DNA of 64,000 nt from Candidatus Poribacteria bacterium (GTDB lineage Bacteria; Poribacteria; WGA-4E; PCPOR2b). Below, one piece after another: positions 37,114-46,766 of the stretch. Under the pieces are notes generated by a model, which had not been told where the DNA came from, ran no database searches, and saw nothing but the letters and a program-made list of their open reading frames with translations. Where the stretch lies: assembly GCA_965208675.1 (NCBI GenBank), contig OZ242351.1, forward strand, positions 4,576,001 to 4,640,000, in the 5' to 3' direction. Made by a program: the position numbers and the translations under genes. Positions within the stretch are counted from its first letter, which is position 1. Each line of letters opens with the position of its first letter.

Positions 37114-39000
37114 CTAATAATGGAAACGCTGCAACGGGAGCCCTTCCTCATACTGTTGGCGCCGGGCTTGGGTCTCCGGATCGCCGCTAGATTCGGCTGC
37201 AGGGATATCCCACCACACGCCAGCATCCGGCAGATAGCGGTGCGGCTCGACATCGACAACAATCACGCAGGTTCCACTTTCATTGCGGGCTTCACGCAAC
37301 GCATGCCGAACACCCTCCGGCGTGGTCACATGCCAAGATTTAGCGCCGAAACTTTCCGCATTCTGGGCGAAGTCTATCTTCATATATGCGCCTTCAAGGC
37401 GGTTTTTCTCCATATCGCGAGAACGGAACTCGTTGCCGAAACTCCTACCAGCGCGTAGCATCTGAAGTGAACGAATGGATTGAAAGCCGTGATTCTCCGA
37501 GATGACGAGCGTGAGTTTCAGGTTTTCCTGCATTGCGGTCACCAACTCGGTTGGATTCATTAGGTAGGTTCCGTCACCTATAAAGACGTAGACCTCACCG
37601 TCCGGCTGCGTCATGCGAACCCCCAAACCCGCGGGAATTTCATAGCTCATGCACGAAAAGCCGAACTCGAGATGACACGAACGGCCGCCGGTTGCATCCC
37701 ACATTTTAAGAAGGTCTCCGGGCGGCGTCCCTGCCGCACCGATGATAGTATCACCGGGTTGTGCCGCGTCGTTGAGCACACTAATAAGTTGTCCTTGGCT
37801 CATCGCCTCGCCGGGCGTCTCTTGGGCGACTTCGTTGTCCAACTGCTCGCGCCATTCGCGATTCAACGCTGCGATTTCTTGCACATAAGCAGCGTTCGGT
37901 TGAATTCCCGCTGTGTCGGCTGCTTTGGTCAAAGCGGCAAGGGCTTCTCGGGCGTCCGCGGTGATTGGCACGCCTCCTTGCTTGTAGGCATCGTGGTTGG
38001 CGACGTTGATGTTTATGAATTTCACGTCCGGGTTGTTGAAGGCGGATTGCGAACCGGTGGTGAAGTCCATCATGCGTCCGCCAATGCTAATGACCAAATC
38101 CGCTTGGCTTGATATTTTGGCGGCGGCGGGAGTGCCGTTGACGCCCTGTCCACCCAAAAGCAGCGGCGACGCGTTTCGCATCGCGCCTTTGCCGGCGGAC
38201 GTTTCGCTCACCGGAACGCCAAATTTATCTGAGAAGGACTGCAGTTCGTTCCAGGCTTCGGAATAATGCACACCGCCGCCGGCGATAATCATGGGGCGAT
38301 TAGACGCCTTCAGCAGTTCCACCGCTTCCGAAATACGCTGTGAATCCGGAGGCCGCCGTTCAACTCGCCACTCGCGCCTTTCAAAAAAGTGGGCGGGATA
38401 CTCGTAGGCGTGCGCCTGTACATCCTGTGGGAGCGACAGGGTCACGGGACCTGTGTCGGCGGGATCGGTGAGCACACGCATGGCTTCGGGCAGCGCCGTA
38501 AGCAATTGCTCCGGCCGGGTGATGCGATCGAAAAAGCGGCTGACGGGGCGGAAGCAGTCGTTGACGCTGACATCCGCCGATACGGGGTGTTCAAGTTGCT
38601 GCAGCACTGGTCCCTGGTATCGTGTGGCGTAGTAGTCCGACGGCAGTAACAAGACGGGCAACCTGTTGGTAACGGCAGTTGCGGCACCAGTCACCATATT
38701 GGTAGCCCCTGGTCCGATTGACGAGGTGCATGCGAGCGCCGCCAGCCGATTATTTGCTTTGGCATAGCCAAGCGCGGCGTGTACCATCGACTGCTCATTT
38801 CGAGGTTGCCGATATGGCAATTCTTGACCATATTCGAAGAGCGCTTGTCCGAGACCGGCGACATTCCCGTGCCCAAAAATGCCGAAGATGGATGGGATAA
38901 GGCGGCGCGTCTTTCCGTCTCGCTCACTGTATTGAACTTGCAGGTATTTGACGAGCGCCTGCGCCATGGTTAATCGGATGGTTCCGGGTGATTGTGACAT
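37114..39000 (-). CDS. iolD: 3D-(3,5/4)-trihydroxycyclohexane-1,2-dione acylhydrolase (decyclizing)
   Basis: TIRLTMAQALVKYL, GIFGHGNVAGLGQAL, RNEQSMVHAA, SIGPGATNM, LQQLE, NDCFRPVSR and GDGTYLM motifs. Confidence 0.95.
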   Translation of the reverse strand: MSQSPGTIRLTMAQALVKYLQVQYSERDGKTRRLIPSIFGIFGHGNVAGLGQALFEYGQELPYRQPRNEQSMVHAALGYAKANNRLAALACTSSIGPGATNMVTGAATAVTNRLPVLLLPSDYYATRYQGPVLQQLEHPVSADVSVNDCFRPVSRFFDRITRPEQLLTALPEAMRVLTDPADTGPVTLSLPQDVQAHAYEYPAHFFERREWRVERRPPDSQRISEAVELLKASNRPMIIAGGGVHYSEAWNELQSFSDKFGVPVSETSAGKGAMRNASPLLLGGQGVNGTPAAAKISSQADLVISIGGRMMDFTTGSQSAFNNPDVKFININVANHDAYKQGGVPITADAREALAALTKAADTAGIQPNAAYVQEIAALNREWREQLDNEVAQETPGEAMSQGQLISVLNDAAQPGDTIIGAAGTPPGDLLKMWDATGGRSCHLEFGFSCMSYEIPAGLGVRMTQPDGEVYVFIGDGTYLMNPTELVTAMQENLKLTLVISENHGFQSIRSLQMLRAGRSFGNEFRSRDMEKNRLEGAYMKIDFAQNAESFGAKSWHVTTPEGVRHALREARNESGTCVIVVDVEPHRYLPDAGVWWDIPAAESSGDPETQARRQQYEEGLPLQRFHY

Positions 39001-39383
39001 TTTCTAGTTGCCTCCTTTTGCTTTGCGTAGTTGGTAGATGGCTAGCTAACATCTATTTGGATTCATAAGGAATAGCGCAAATGTTTGTGAGGAGTAACGC
39101 AATAGGATTTTCCGCCTATTACGGAGATGCGGCGGATTTTCAACCCGTGTGAAATATGAAATTGGCTAAATTTAGTTGCTGCCCAATCCTTTAAAATCGG
39201 TATTCCGAAAAATGATGGTTCGCATGTATTTATAACACAGAACCGAAAAATAAGCAATCCAAAACGGGAACGTTAAATTTTAGGAATCTTAGAAAATTTA
39301 CAAGAAACCTGGCGGTACAGTGCCAGTCTTTACATTTGGAATCGCCGCGTTAAGATCTCATTCGGATGATAAATCGGTTTCTC

Positions 39384-39413
39384 ATTTTAGCACACGATGA
39401 TTGGGGCGGTCAA
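39384..39413 (-). promoter_or_regulatory. Putative sigma70 promoter for the iolD cluster
   Basis: Minus strand TTGACC, 18 bp spacer, TG-extended TAAAAT. Confidence 0.45.
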
Positions 39414-39450
39414 GCGGCAACCGCGGCGAGAGTCTAATGGAAAAATGGGA

Positions 39451-39479
39451 TTGAAATTGGTGTTCTTTATTGCTAGAAT
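39451..39479 (+). promoter_or_regulatory. Putative sigma70 promoter for the Ldh-family gene (divergent from the iolD promoter)
   Basis: TTGAAA, 17 bp spacer, TG-extended TAGAAT. Confidence 0.5.
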
Positions 39480-39602
39480 AATTTCAATTGAACGTTTTAA
39501 ACGACATTAGGATGTAGTGTTTTCATGGAGAACCCCGTTTCCTTAACGGTGGATTTAATGAAGCGGGACTTTCGCAGTAACCAACGCGGGGCAAGCGGAA
39601 AA

Positions 39603-39675
39603 CTATCGCCTTCCCTATTCGGTCAGTTGATCCCCGCCTACGATGGGTGGAGGATTTACCGCCTACAATGGGGGC
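39603..39675. repeat. Partial third copy of repeat family B
   Basis: CTATCGCCTTC ... TCAGTTGATCCCCGCCTACG, plus a tandem CCGCCTACnATGGG. Confidence 0.45.
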
Positions 39676-39764
39676 ATCGGCTGAACATACGGGTCGACAC
39701 CCAACGAATCCGGAAAATTCAATCTGAAGTGCGTAAGCCCCAAAAATTATGAAGGATTAGAAGC

Positions 39765-40814
39765 GTGCCCATAAAGTCACATGAAGAATTGAGTGAAATC
39801 GGATCGCGGGTTCTGAGGTCTGCAGGTGCGACCGACGACGTTGCCGACAGAGTTGCGCGCCACCTTGTCGGATCCAACTTAGTGGGTCTGGATTCCCACG
39901 GAATCATCCGTCTAGCTGACTATGCCACCTGGCTACAGGAGGGGAAGATTGCCGGCGACAACCGTATTGAAGTCGTCAGGGACAAAGCCGCAACTTGTTT
40001 AATTGACGCCCACATGTCGTTCGGGCAGGTCGCGGCATCGCAATCTGCGGACATCGCCGTACAAAAAGCGCAGGTGTACGGAATCGGCTTGGTTTCGGTG
40101 AAGAATGCTTCCCACATCGGCCGACTGGGAGAATATGTTGAGGATATAGCGTCGCAGGGATTTATCGGTTTTCTCTGTTGCAACGCGGAAGGAGCAGGTC
40201 AACTCGTCGCTCCATGGGGCGGCAAGGCAGCGCGAATCGGTACGAATCCAATGGCGTGGGGGATTCCCAGCGGCAGGGCGTCAGGAGGCATGGTATTGGA
40301 CATGGCTACGAGCATCGTTCCCGAAGGCAAGATTCGCGTCATGATGCGGAGAGAGGAAGAGATTCCGCATGGCTGGGTGCTTGACTCTCAAGGGCAATCG
40401 ACGTCGAACCCGGCAGACCTTTATGGGCCGCCTGTCGGGGCGATTCTTCCGTTCGGGGAACACAAGGGTTACGGATTGATGTTGGCGATAGAGGCACTTT
40501 CAGGTGTACTCAGCGGCGGCGGGCATGCTCGACCGGCAGTAGCGGAGGCTTGGTTTACGCATGGCAGCACGTTTACAATGATGGCGATCGAAGTTGAATC
40601 ATTTCGTTCGCTAACCGAGTTTACGGACGATGTCGATGAAATGTTAAAACACATGAAAAGTTCACCGCCGACCACTCCCGATGCTGAAGTGCTCGTTCCT
40701 TACGAGATAGAGTCCAGAGAGAAATCGGTAAGGTTAGCAAACGGGATAACGATAGAGGACTCCACTTGGGATAGGGTGGTTCAGATTGCTAGCGAGCTTG
40801 AGATTTCCATTTAA
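39765..40814 (+). CDS. Ldh_2 family oxidoreductase (malate/L-lactate/L-sulfolactate dehydrogenase-like)
   Basis: GLDSHGI, HIGRLGEY, GTNPMA, LDMATS and HKGYGL motifs. Confidence 0.9.
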   Translation: MPIKSHEELSEIGSRVLRSAGATDDVADRVARHLVGSNLVGLDSHGIIRLADYATWLQEGKIAGDNRIEVVRDKAATCLIDAHMSFGQVAASQSADIAVQKAQVYGIGLVSVKNASHIGRLGEYVEDIASQGFIGFLCCNAEGAGQLVAPWGGKAARIGTNPMAWGIPSGRASGGMVLDMATSIVPEGKIRVMMRREEEIPHGWVLDSQGQSTSNPADLYGPPVGAILPFGEHKGYGLMLAIEALSGVLSGGGHARPAVAEAWFTHGSTFTMMAIEVESFRSLTEFTDDVDEMLKHMKSSPPTTPDAEVLVPYEIESREKSVRLANGITIEDSTWDRVVQIASELEISI

Positions 40815-40971
40815 TATCGACTCTACTTACCACTTCCCGGCAGTGACTGTGCCATCGAAAAATAGACGTGAGAATGCAGGCGAAGAACAACGTATCCTTC
40901 CAGTGGACGGTTCTCGCCAATAGCCTATCCGCTAATCTCGTACAGTCGCCGATGCCGTAATCAGCAATTGG

Positions 40972-41787
40972 CTAACGCAGCAAAAATCCAGATTTTCGAA
41001 TTTCCATCGGTTTTTTTCCGGCATGGTATTCGGATTTCTGTCCGCACAGCCAATAGAACATCTCAGCGGCGTCGTTTATGGTTCGATGGTGTTCACGGTG
41101 AAATTTTAGACCGGGCGGAGAGGATTTTGCATGACTCACCTCGAACTTCGGTTGCTGAATCCAGTCTCGCGTTGGTGGCACCGTCCTCGAATACTCATAC
41201 TTCAGTAGGTTGCGAGTCCCGCTCGCAGTGGAGGCGGTGCGGCGGTGCCAAATTCCCCAAATTGTGATGAATATTGAGCCTGCAGGCGCGGCTGTCGACA
41301 CTGCGCCACGGATTTTCTTGTAATGCTGCATATGGGATTGAGAGCAAAAGAGGCAGTGGGATCCTGGCAGCACCTCAGTTGGTCCCATCTCCAAGGGGGC
41401 GTCTTGGGGATAGTAGAACACCTGAAGCATGTCGAACTCGGGGCCGTATACGGCGGCACCATCGCCGCCGCTGTCGATATGCCAGCCGCCCACAGATGCA
41501 GGACATTCTACACGATGGTTGTTCATCCCGCCCGGCAGTCGGAACTCCCTACCTAGAAGTGATCGAATCGCCCCAACTGCTTTTGGGCAGCATATAACAT
41601 TCTCAAAAAACCATCTCTCTTGAAGAATTGCGCTCGGCGTATCCGAAGGATGTTCGTCGAGAAACGCGAACGCCCGCCGATTCACACTGTCCGGGACAAC
41701 ACCTTTCAGCAACAGGAAACCCTTTTTGCAGAAGTCTAGAACCTGCGTGTCGTTCAGCGTCGGTTGACAGTCATAAGTGTTCTTCAT
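40972..41787 (-). CDS. PhyH family dioxygenase (paralog of 35773..36609)
   Basis: PTLNDTQVLDFCKKG, WHID, MGPTEVLPGSH, IWHRR, RNLLKY and EMFYWLCG motifs. Confidence 0.85.
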   Translation of the reverse strand: MKNTYDCQPTLNDTQVLDFCKKGFLLLKGVVPDSVNRRAFAFLDEHPSDTPSAILQERWFFENVICCPKAVGAIRSLLGREFRLPGGMNNHRVECPASVGGWHIDSGGDGAAVYGPEFDMLQVFYYPQDAPLEMGPTEVLPGSHCLFCSQSHMQHYKKIRGAVSTAAPAGSIFITIWGIWHRRTASTASGTRNLLKYEYSRTVPPTRDWIQQPKFEVSHAKSSPPGLKFHREHHRTINDAAEMFYWLCGQKSEYHAGKKPMEIRKSGFLLR

Positions 41788-42057
41788 AACGTGATGCCTC
41801 GTTATTTTTCCGACCCAATCTCTGAATCAGAGATGCTTAGTCCGACTATACGGATTGAACCCCGTCCATTCGAAGGTCCATACCAGATTAAAATTGATAC
41901 TTGAATTTATAGTGGGAAAGAGGCGTATCGTTTCGCACTCGGTCTGAATTTCAAAGACACCATGAATCGGCGAATGATTGAAAAATTAAATTAATGCTAT
42001 GCTATCCCCTCCGATAACATGAAGCTGTCGGTAATTGAATGTCCGTGAACGCTAGTT

Positions 42058-42864
42058 TTAATTTTCGTGTACGTCGCTCTTTTTGAAAAATAAATCCTTC
42101 ACGTGTCGAACCCCTTGAGGATTCATGGCATAGAATCCAAACGGTGATAGTTGAACGCATGCTGCCCAAAACTGCTTCCGCAATGCAAAATCTCCCTTCG
42201 TTTCCGTATGTAGTTCCCTTTGATGCAAACCGATGTTCCATGGTAACATTTCACCAAAACCCCACGGATATGCATTGTGCAACTTTAGCAGACGTGCTGC
42301 ACCACGAGGGGTTATGATCCGCGCGCGATCGCCTGCGCCAAGAAAATCTGCATATATTCTGTCCACACTCGTTTGACACATTTTTGATTTTTGACGTTCA
42401 CTATATTCATGACACGGAATCTCCCTGTGTTCAGGAAATTTCGTTGGACAGGGAAACCACCAATCCAAAAAGAGGAGATCTAATGGGATTTCGATAAAGT
42501 CCTGAAGTTGTCTCAACTTATTTTCTAGTTCTCTGAAATTCACGGACAGCAATACATCATCTTCTAGTATGAGCGCCGTCTCACCGTTTTCAACTACTTT
42601 CCGTAAAACCCTGAGGTGAGACCAATGACATGCCAACTGAGTAGGTTCACCCCAATTTTTCCATAACGGCGGAAATGTGTAACAAGAAAAACCATCTGAT
42701 TGCATGGCTTCAGATATTGATTTCAAATCACAAGAGCGTCCATCAGCTGCAGGAAATCGCTCCACTCGATTCGACGGTACTTCCATCAGACGAAACGCAC
42801 ATTGCTGAGCTAGCCATTTATCTGTGCGATGCTTTAAGTTAATCACATACACTTTATCAATCAT
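42058..42864 (-). CDS. Glycosyltransferase family 25 protein
   Basis: VYVINLKHRTDK, RFPAADG, ACHWSH and ALILEDD motifs. Confidence 0.8.
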   Translation of the reverse strand: MIDKVYVINLKHRTDKWLAQQCAFRLMEVPSNRVERFPAADGRSCDLKSISEAMQSDGFSCYTFPPLWKNWGEPTQLACHWSHLRVLRKVVENGETALILEDDVLLSVNFRELENKLRQLQDFIEIPLDLLFLDWWFPCPTKFPEHREIPCHEYSERQKSKMCQTSVDRIYADFLGAGDRARIITPRGAARLLKLHNAYPWGFGEMLPWNIGLHQRELHTETKGDFALRKQFWAACVQLSPFGFYAMNPQGVRHVKDLFFKKSDVHEN

Positions 42865-42987
42865 TGAAATTCTCCTTTGCTCTTTAGTTTAAAGCCTCCG
42901 CGCTAAAGCTTACCAACCGTAACTGAAGTCCATAAGGTGCCTTCGTTTTTTCGATTATCTTAAAAAGGTGATAGGCATATTGTCCCA

Positions 42988-45771
42988 CTATTTCCCCCGT
43001 CGCCTCCGCTTACGTCTGACGTTTGCTGCCAGCGGAACCACCATTTTTTCATATAAGCCAAGCAGGTGTTCAACCCGCTCGCGGTCTGAAGAAAATGGAG
43101 AACGCCGGTAGAGCTTATCGACAGCGCTGTCCAAGTCGAGGTGTGCCCTGCGAAGATCGACCGGCATCAAATCAGGATCGTAGAGATCCGACAAGGTGGC
43201 GTTGAGATGCGCGGCACGTGCGGTAAGTACGGCGTTCGCAAAAGGTTCAAGGCGTTGCAGCCGGTTGACGGGAACCGGAGGCACCGGAAAGGTGTTGAAC
43301 ACGAGACCGATGGAGTAGCGATAGCGGCTCTCTAGGCGTCCTCCAATGTGCCTCAGCCAAACCATGTGCATAGCAGAAGTGAGCAGTGCAAAATGGGGTT
43401 TATTGGCGTTTTCGATAATTCGGACAAGATTGCTCGGGATTACCGGCGGCTCCAGCCACCCAATCGGCACATATTCTCGCCGCTCGGAACTTACTTCAGG
43501 TATAACTAAAAATGGTGCGTCGGGAACAACGTTGACGTGATAGAGGGTCGGTGTCTCGGCGAGTGCTTGCGTGGGCTTGCTCTTACTCGCCAACCGATAG
43601 GCTCGGACAGCGGCAATACGCTCACGGACCTTTGGCAGCCTCCTCAACACTTGGGGTGCTATATCAGCCAAATACAGTATCCACCTTTCTCCCCCCTGTA
43701 AAAACTCTCGACTTCCAACAAACGGGCGCAGATACGGCTCGGCATTAGGTTCTTCTTTCAAAAAAGCGGTGCGTTCGTCAGTGTTGAAAATGTAGTGTCT
43801 GCCATCAATGGGTTTGGAGCCAATAATCAACTTTGGTAGACCGTTGAACTGCTGAGATTCCTCCTTTACCACAATCCGCGAATCAGTCAATCCGCTTGCG
43901 TCGAACAGGTAAGGCGAAAGAGCAATATGCTGGCTCTCGTGCGGCTCACCGTTGGGAGTATCGTAGGAAAATAAACGCTTCTCCCGTGATGCGGCGTCCC
44001 GTTTTGTCAGTCCAAGGATGACCACGTGAACATGCGCCATGCCGCGTGCGTCTGAACCCCATGCAAAAGTGCGGTGGGCAAATACAATCTCAAGGGCGCA
44101 ACGATTAAACAAGAGGGGCCAAAGCTGTGCCACCTGTTCGCCTTGGGTGATGGAATTCGTCGCGACAAACCCAATTTGCGCCGCGCTAGGTTGGATGTAT
44201 TCGCCGGCTTTGATAAACCAGGCGGCCACATAGTCGAGGGTGCCGCCGCTCTTGCCTAGTGCGGCGATGCTACGTACCTGTTCGCGTTGATGTGGCGACT
44301 GGAATTTCGCACACGCAAACGGCGGATTGCCGAGTACATAGGAGCATTCTTCTGATGGCAACAGCATCGTCCAATCCGTTTCCAGCGCGTCGCCGTGTCT
44401 GATATGCGGAGACTTTTCCAACGGGATGCGCGCATACGTCTGACCAAACTCCAAGCTTAGACGGTTGTTCATGATGTGGTCCATCATCCACATGGCAACC
44501 TCCGCGATTCGCACTGGAAACTCCCCCAACTCAATCCCGTAGAACCCGTCTACATCAACCACCGAAAGCGTTTGCGCAATTATGTCAAGTTGACCGAGAG
44601 GACGAATCTCTTTTAACACCTCCATTTCCAACACCCGAAGTTCGCGGTAAGCGATGATGAGGAAGTTGCCGCACCCACACGCTGGATCAAAAATTCGCAA
44701 CCGACCGAGTCTGTGCTGAAAGGCAATCAGTTCAGGAAGGCGGCGGTTGTCCCTGCGGGCTTTTAGGCGTTGGAATTCAGCACGCAACTCGTCGAGGAAC
44801 AGCGGCTCAATCACCTTGAGGATGTTCTTTTCGGTTGTGTAGTGCGCGCCTTGGGCGCGGCGTTCGTCTTTGTCCATTACCGATTGGAAGAGCGATCCGA
44901 AGATTGCTGGGGAAATTTCCGACCAGTTGAAATGGCAAGCGTCAATGAGCCGTTGACGCATACCGGAATTGAATGACGGGATGGGCAATTGTTCACGGAA
45001 CAGGTCGCCGTTGACGTAGGGGAAGCGGGCAAGATCTTCGTCTAGAATTGTGGAGCGAAGTTCTACGGGCATGTTGAGCACTTGAAATAGTTGCGCTAAC
45101 CAGCCACCGAGGTCTGAGCCATCTTCTCGCGTCCGGTTTTCCAACAGATCGAGAAAAATGTCACGCGGCTCAAATATGCCGGTATCGTCGGCGAAGAAGC
45201 AGAAGACGATGCGAACCAGAAATCGTTCTAGATTATGACCTGTGTAGCCGGAGTCGGCTAGGGCATCGTGGAGTTGACCAACACGCTCGGAAGCTTCGAT
45301 GTTGACCGGATCCTGATCTCTGAAGGAGCGCTTCTGCACACCCAAGATAAAGCCGAACTTTTCGACATGTTGCGGCAAGTCAGCGAGGGTAAAGGCAACA
45401 CGATCATCTTCGTCAAGATCGCACAAATCAAACGTCTGAAAATCGCTCAATAGGATATATCGCGGCAGGTCAGCGTCTGTGAGACCGGGAAAATACGAAA
45501 ACGCTTGGTCTCTGGCTTGTGTTAAGTCGCGTCCTACACTTTTCTGTTCGACGAGTAGCACGCCCTTCCAAAACAGGTCAATAAAGCCGCGCTTATCACC
45601 GAGCAGTTGAACAGGTTCTTCAAACGCGGCAACTCTACGCACCGGCATTCCAAAAATGTCGAAAAAGTCACGGTAGAATAGTTGGGTTTGCCCTTTTTCG
45701 TAGCCTTCATCTGCCCAATCTTGAGCGAATGCAGCGGCACGGACACGGATTTCATTCCACGACAAGCGCAT
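42988..45771 (-). CDS. MmeI-like Type IIL restriction-modification enzyme (fused endonuclease, N6-adenine methyltransferase and TRD)
   Basis: LSWNEIR; nuclease motif FIDLFWKGVLLVEQKS; FPYVNG, IFGSLFQ and GAHYT; DPACGCGNF (motif I); GNPPF (motif IV); SSERREYVP; C-terminal LYDP...AH..LD.AVD. Confidence 0.92.
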   Translation of the reverse strand: MRLSWNEIRVRAAAFAQDWADEGYEKGQTQLFYRDFFDIFGMPVRRVAAFEEPVQLLGDKRGFIDLFWKGVLLVEQKSVGRDLTQARDQAFSYFPGLTDADLPRYILLSDFQTFDLCDLDEDDRVAFTLADLPQHVEKFGFILGVQKRSFRDQDPVNIEASERVGQLHDALADSGYTGHNLERFLVRIVFCFFADDTGIFEPRDIFLDLLENRTREDGSDLGGWLAQLFQVLNMPVELRSTILDEDLARFPYVNGDLFREQLPIPSFNSGMRQRLIDACHFNWSEISPAIFGSLFQSVMDKDERRAQGAHYTTEKNILKVIEPLFLDELRAEFQRLKARRDNRRLPELIAFQHRLGRLRIFDPACGCGNFLIIAYRELRVLEMEVLKEIRPLGQLDIIAQTLSVVDVDGFYGIELGEFPVRIAEVAMWMMDHIMNNRLSLEFGQTYARIPLEKSPHIRHGDALETDWTMLLPSEECSYVLGNPPFACAKFQSPHQREQVRSIAALGKSGGTLDYVAAWFIKAGEYIQPSAAQIGFVATNSITQGEQVAQLWPLLFNRCALEIVFAHRTFAWGSDARGMAHVHVVILGLTKRDAASREKRLFSYDTPNGEPHESQHIALSPYLFDASGLTDSRIVVKEESQQFNGLPKLIIGSKPIDGRHYIFNTDERTAFLKEEPNAEPYLRPFVGSREFLQGGERWILYLADIAPQVLRRLPKVRERIAAVRAYRLASKSKPTQALAETPTLYHVNVVPDAPFLVIPEVSSERREYVPIGWLEPPVIPSNLVRIIENANKPHFALLTSAMHMVWLRHIGGRLESRYRYSIGLVFNTFPVPPVPVNRLQRLEPFANAVLTARAAHLNATLSDLYDPDLMPVDLRRAHLDLDSAVDKLYRRSPFSSDRERVEHLLGLYEKMVVPLAANVRRKRRRRGK

Positions 45772-46313
45772 GTCGTTTCGTCCTTTTCACAGTGGCATAA
45801 CGTATGCCGAAGCACACAAAAATCAGATTCAATTTTCCAATTGATAAGCACCGAACAATCAAACGGAATGAGTTGAGTTTATTTTACGACAACATAACAT
45901 AGATATCAAGTGGTGAATATAACGATGCGGACTGCCTCATAAACGATTCGCAAGCTTGGTGCAAGACGCCGTAAAATTGCCATACAGACGCAAAGATACT
46001 GTAACATTGAGGTAATGCAATGCCCCGTAACGGAGGGTACTAAGTGCTGTAGTCATTTTTGGTCAAAAATGGCTGGGGATGCAATGGCCGACAGGAACCG
46101 AATCCACATTCGGCATGATAGGCTGAAAGGAATGGTGAGCGCCATAAAGGGCGTGTGGCGGACGATTTTTATAGCAGTGCCTAGTTGTATGTGTCGGCGC
46201 TACCTGTGCAATTTTTAATCTTTGAATGTTATCCGGAATCCTAGTTTGACATAACCGCTGTGCTTCGGTGTGACCATTTTTCTCGTGCATGCTGAATTTT
46301 TCCCATTTTCTTC

Positions 46314-46345
46314 TTGACATAGACTTACTGATATGCTAATATAAT
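46314..46345 (+). promoter_or_regulatory. Sigma70 promoter of the blaI-blaR1-like operon
   Basis: TTGACA, 17 bp spacer, TG-extended TAATAT; RBS AAAGGAGGTG downstream. Confidence 0.6.
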
Positions 46346-46375
46346 CGCATATTGTACGACAAAGGAGGTGATATC

Positions 46376-46756
46376 ATGCAAGATTATCGAATCGTCAAAC
46401 TCAGCCGGCGTGAACGGCAGATTATGAATATCATCTATCAACGCGGGCAAGCTTCTGTGGCTGATGTCCTCTCAGATCTTCCAGACCCGCCAACGTATTC
46501 CACGGTCCGCGCGCTGTTGCGAATCTTGGAAGAGAAAGGTCATGCCAGGCACGAAAAAGATGGACCGCGCTACATCTATTATCCGACACAACCGCGGCAT
46601 CAAGCCGGACACTTTGCGCTCAAGCAGATTGTACAGACCTTCTTCGATAAATCCATTGAGAAGACGGTTGCGGCTTTGGTTGCCGATACTGATGTGTCGG
46701 ATGAAGAACTTGACCGTTTAAGCCGTCTCATTGAGGAATCGAAAAGCGGCAATTAG
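46376..46756 (+). CDS. BlaI/MecI/CopY family transcriptional repressor
   Basis: LSRRERQIM, YSTVRALLRILEEKG, RYIY and TFFD.S motifs. Confidence 0.92.
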   Translation: MQDYRIVKLSRRERQIMNIIYQRGQASVADVLSDLPDPPTYSTVRALLRILEEKGHARHEKDGPRYIYYPTQPRHQAGHFALKQIVQTFFDKSIEKTVAALVADTDVSDEELDRLSRLIEESKSGN

Positions 46757-46766
46757 GAGGGCATTG

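Noticed and set aside
46015-46320. Short ORFs and hairpin AGTCATTTTTG-GT-CAAAAATGGCT between the R-M gene and blaI
   Set aside because: No coding signal or family resemblance; a single hairpin is not enough to assign a function.
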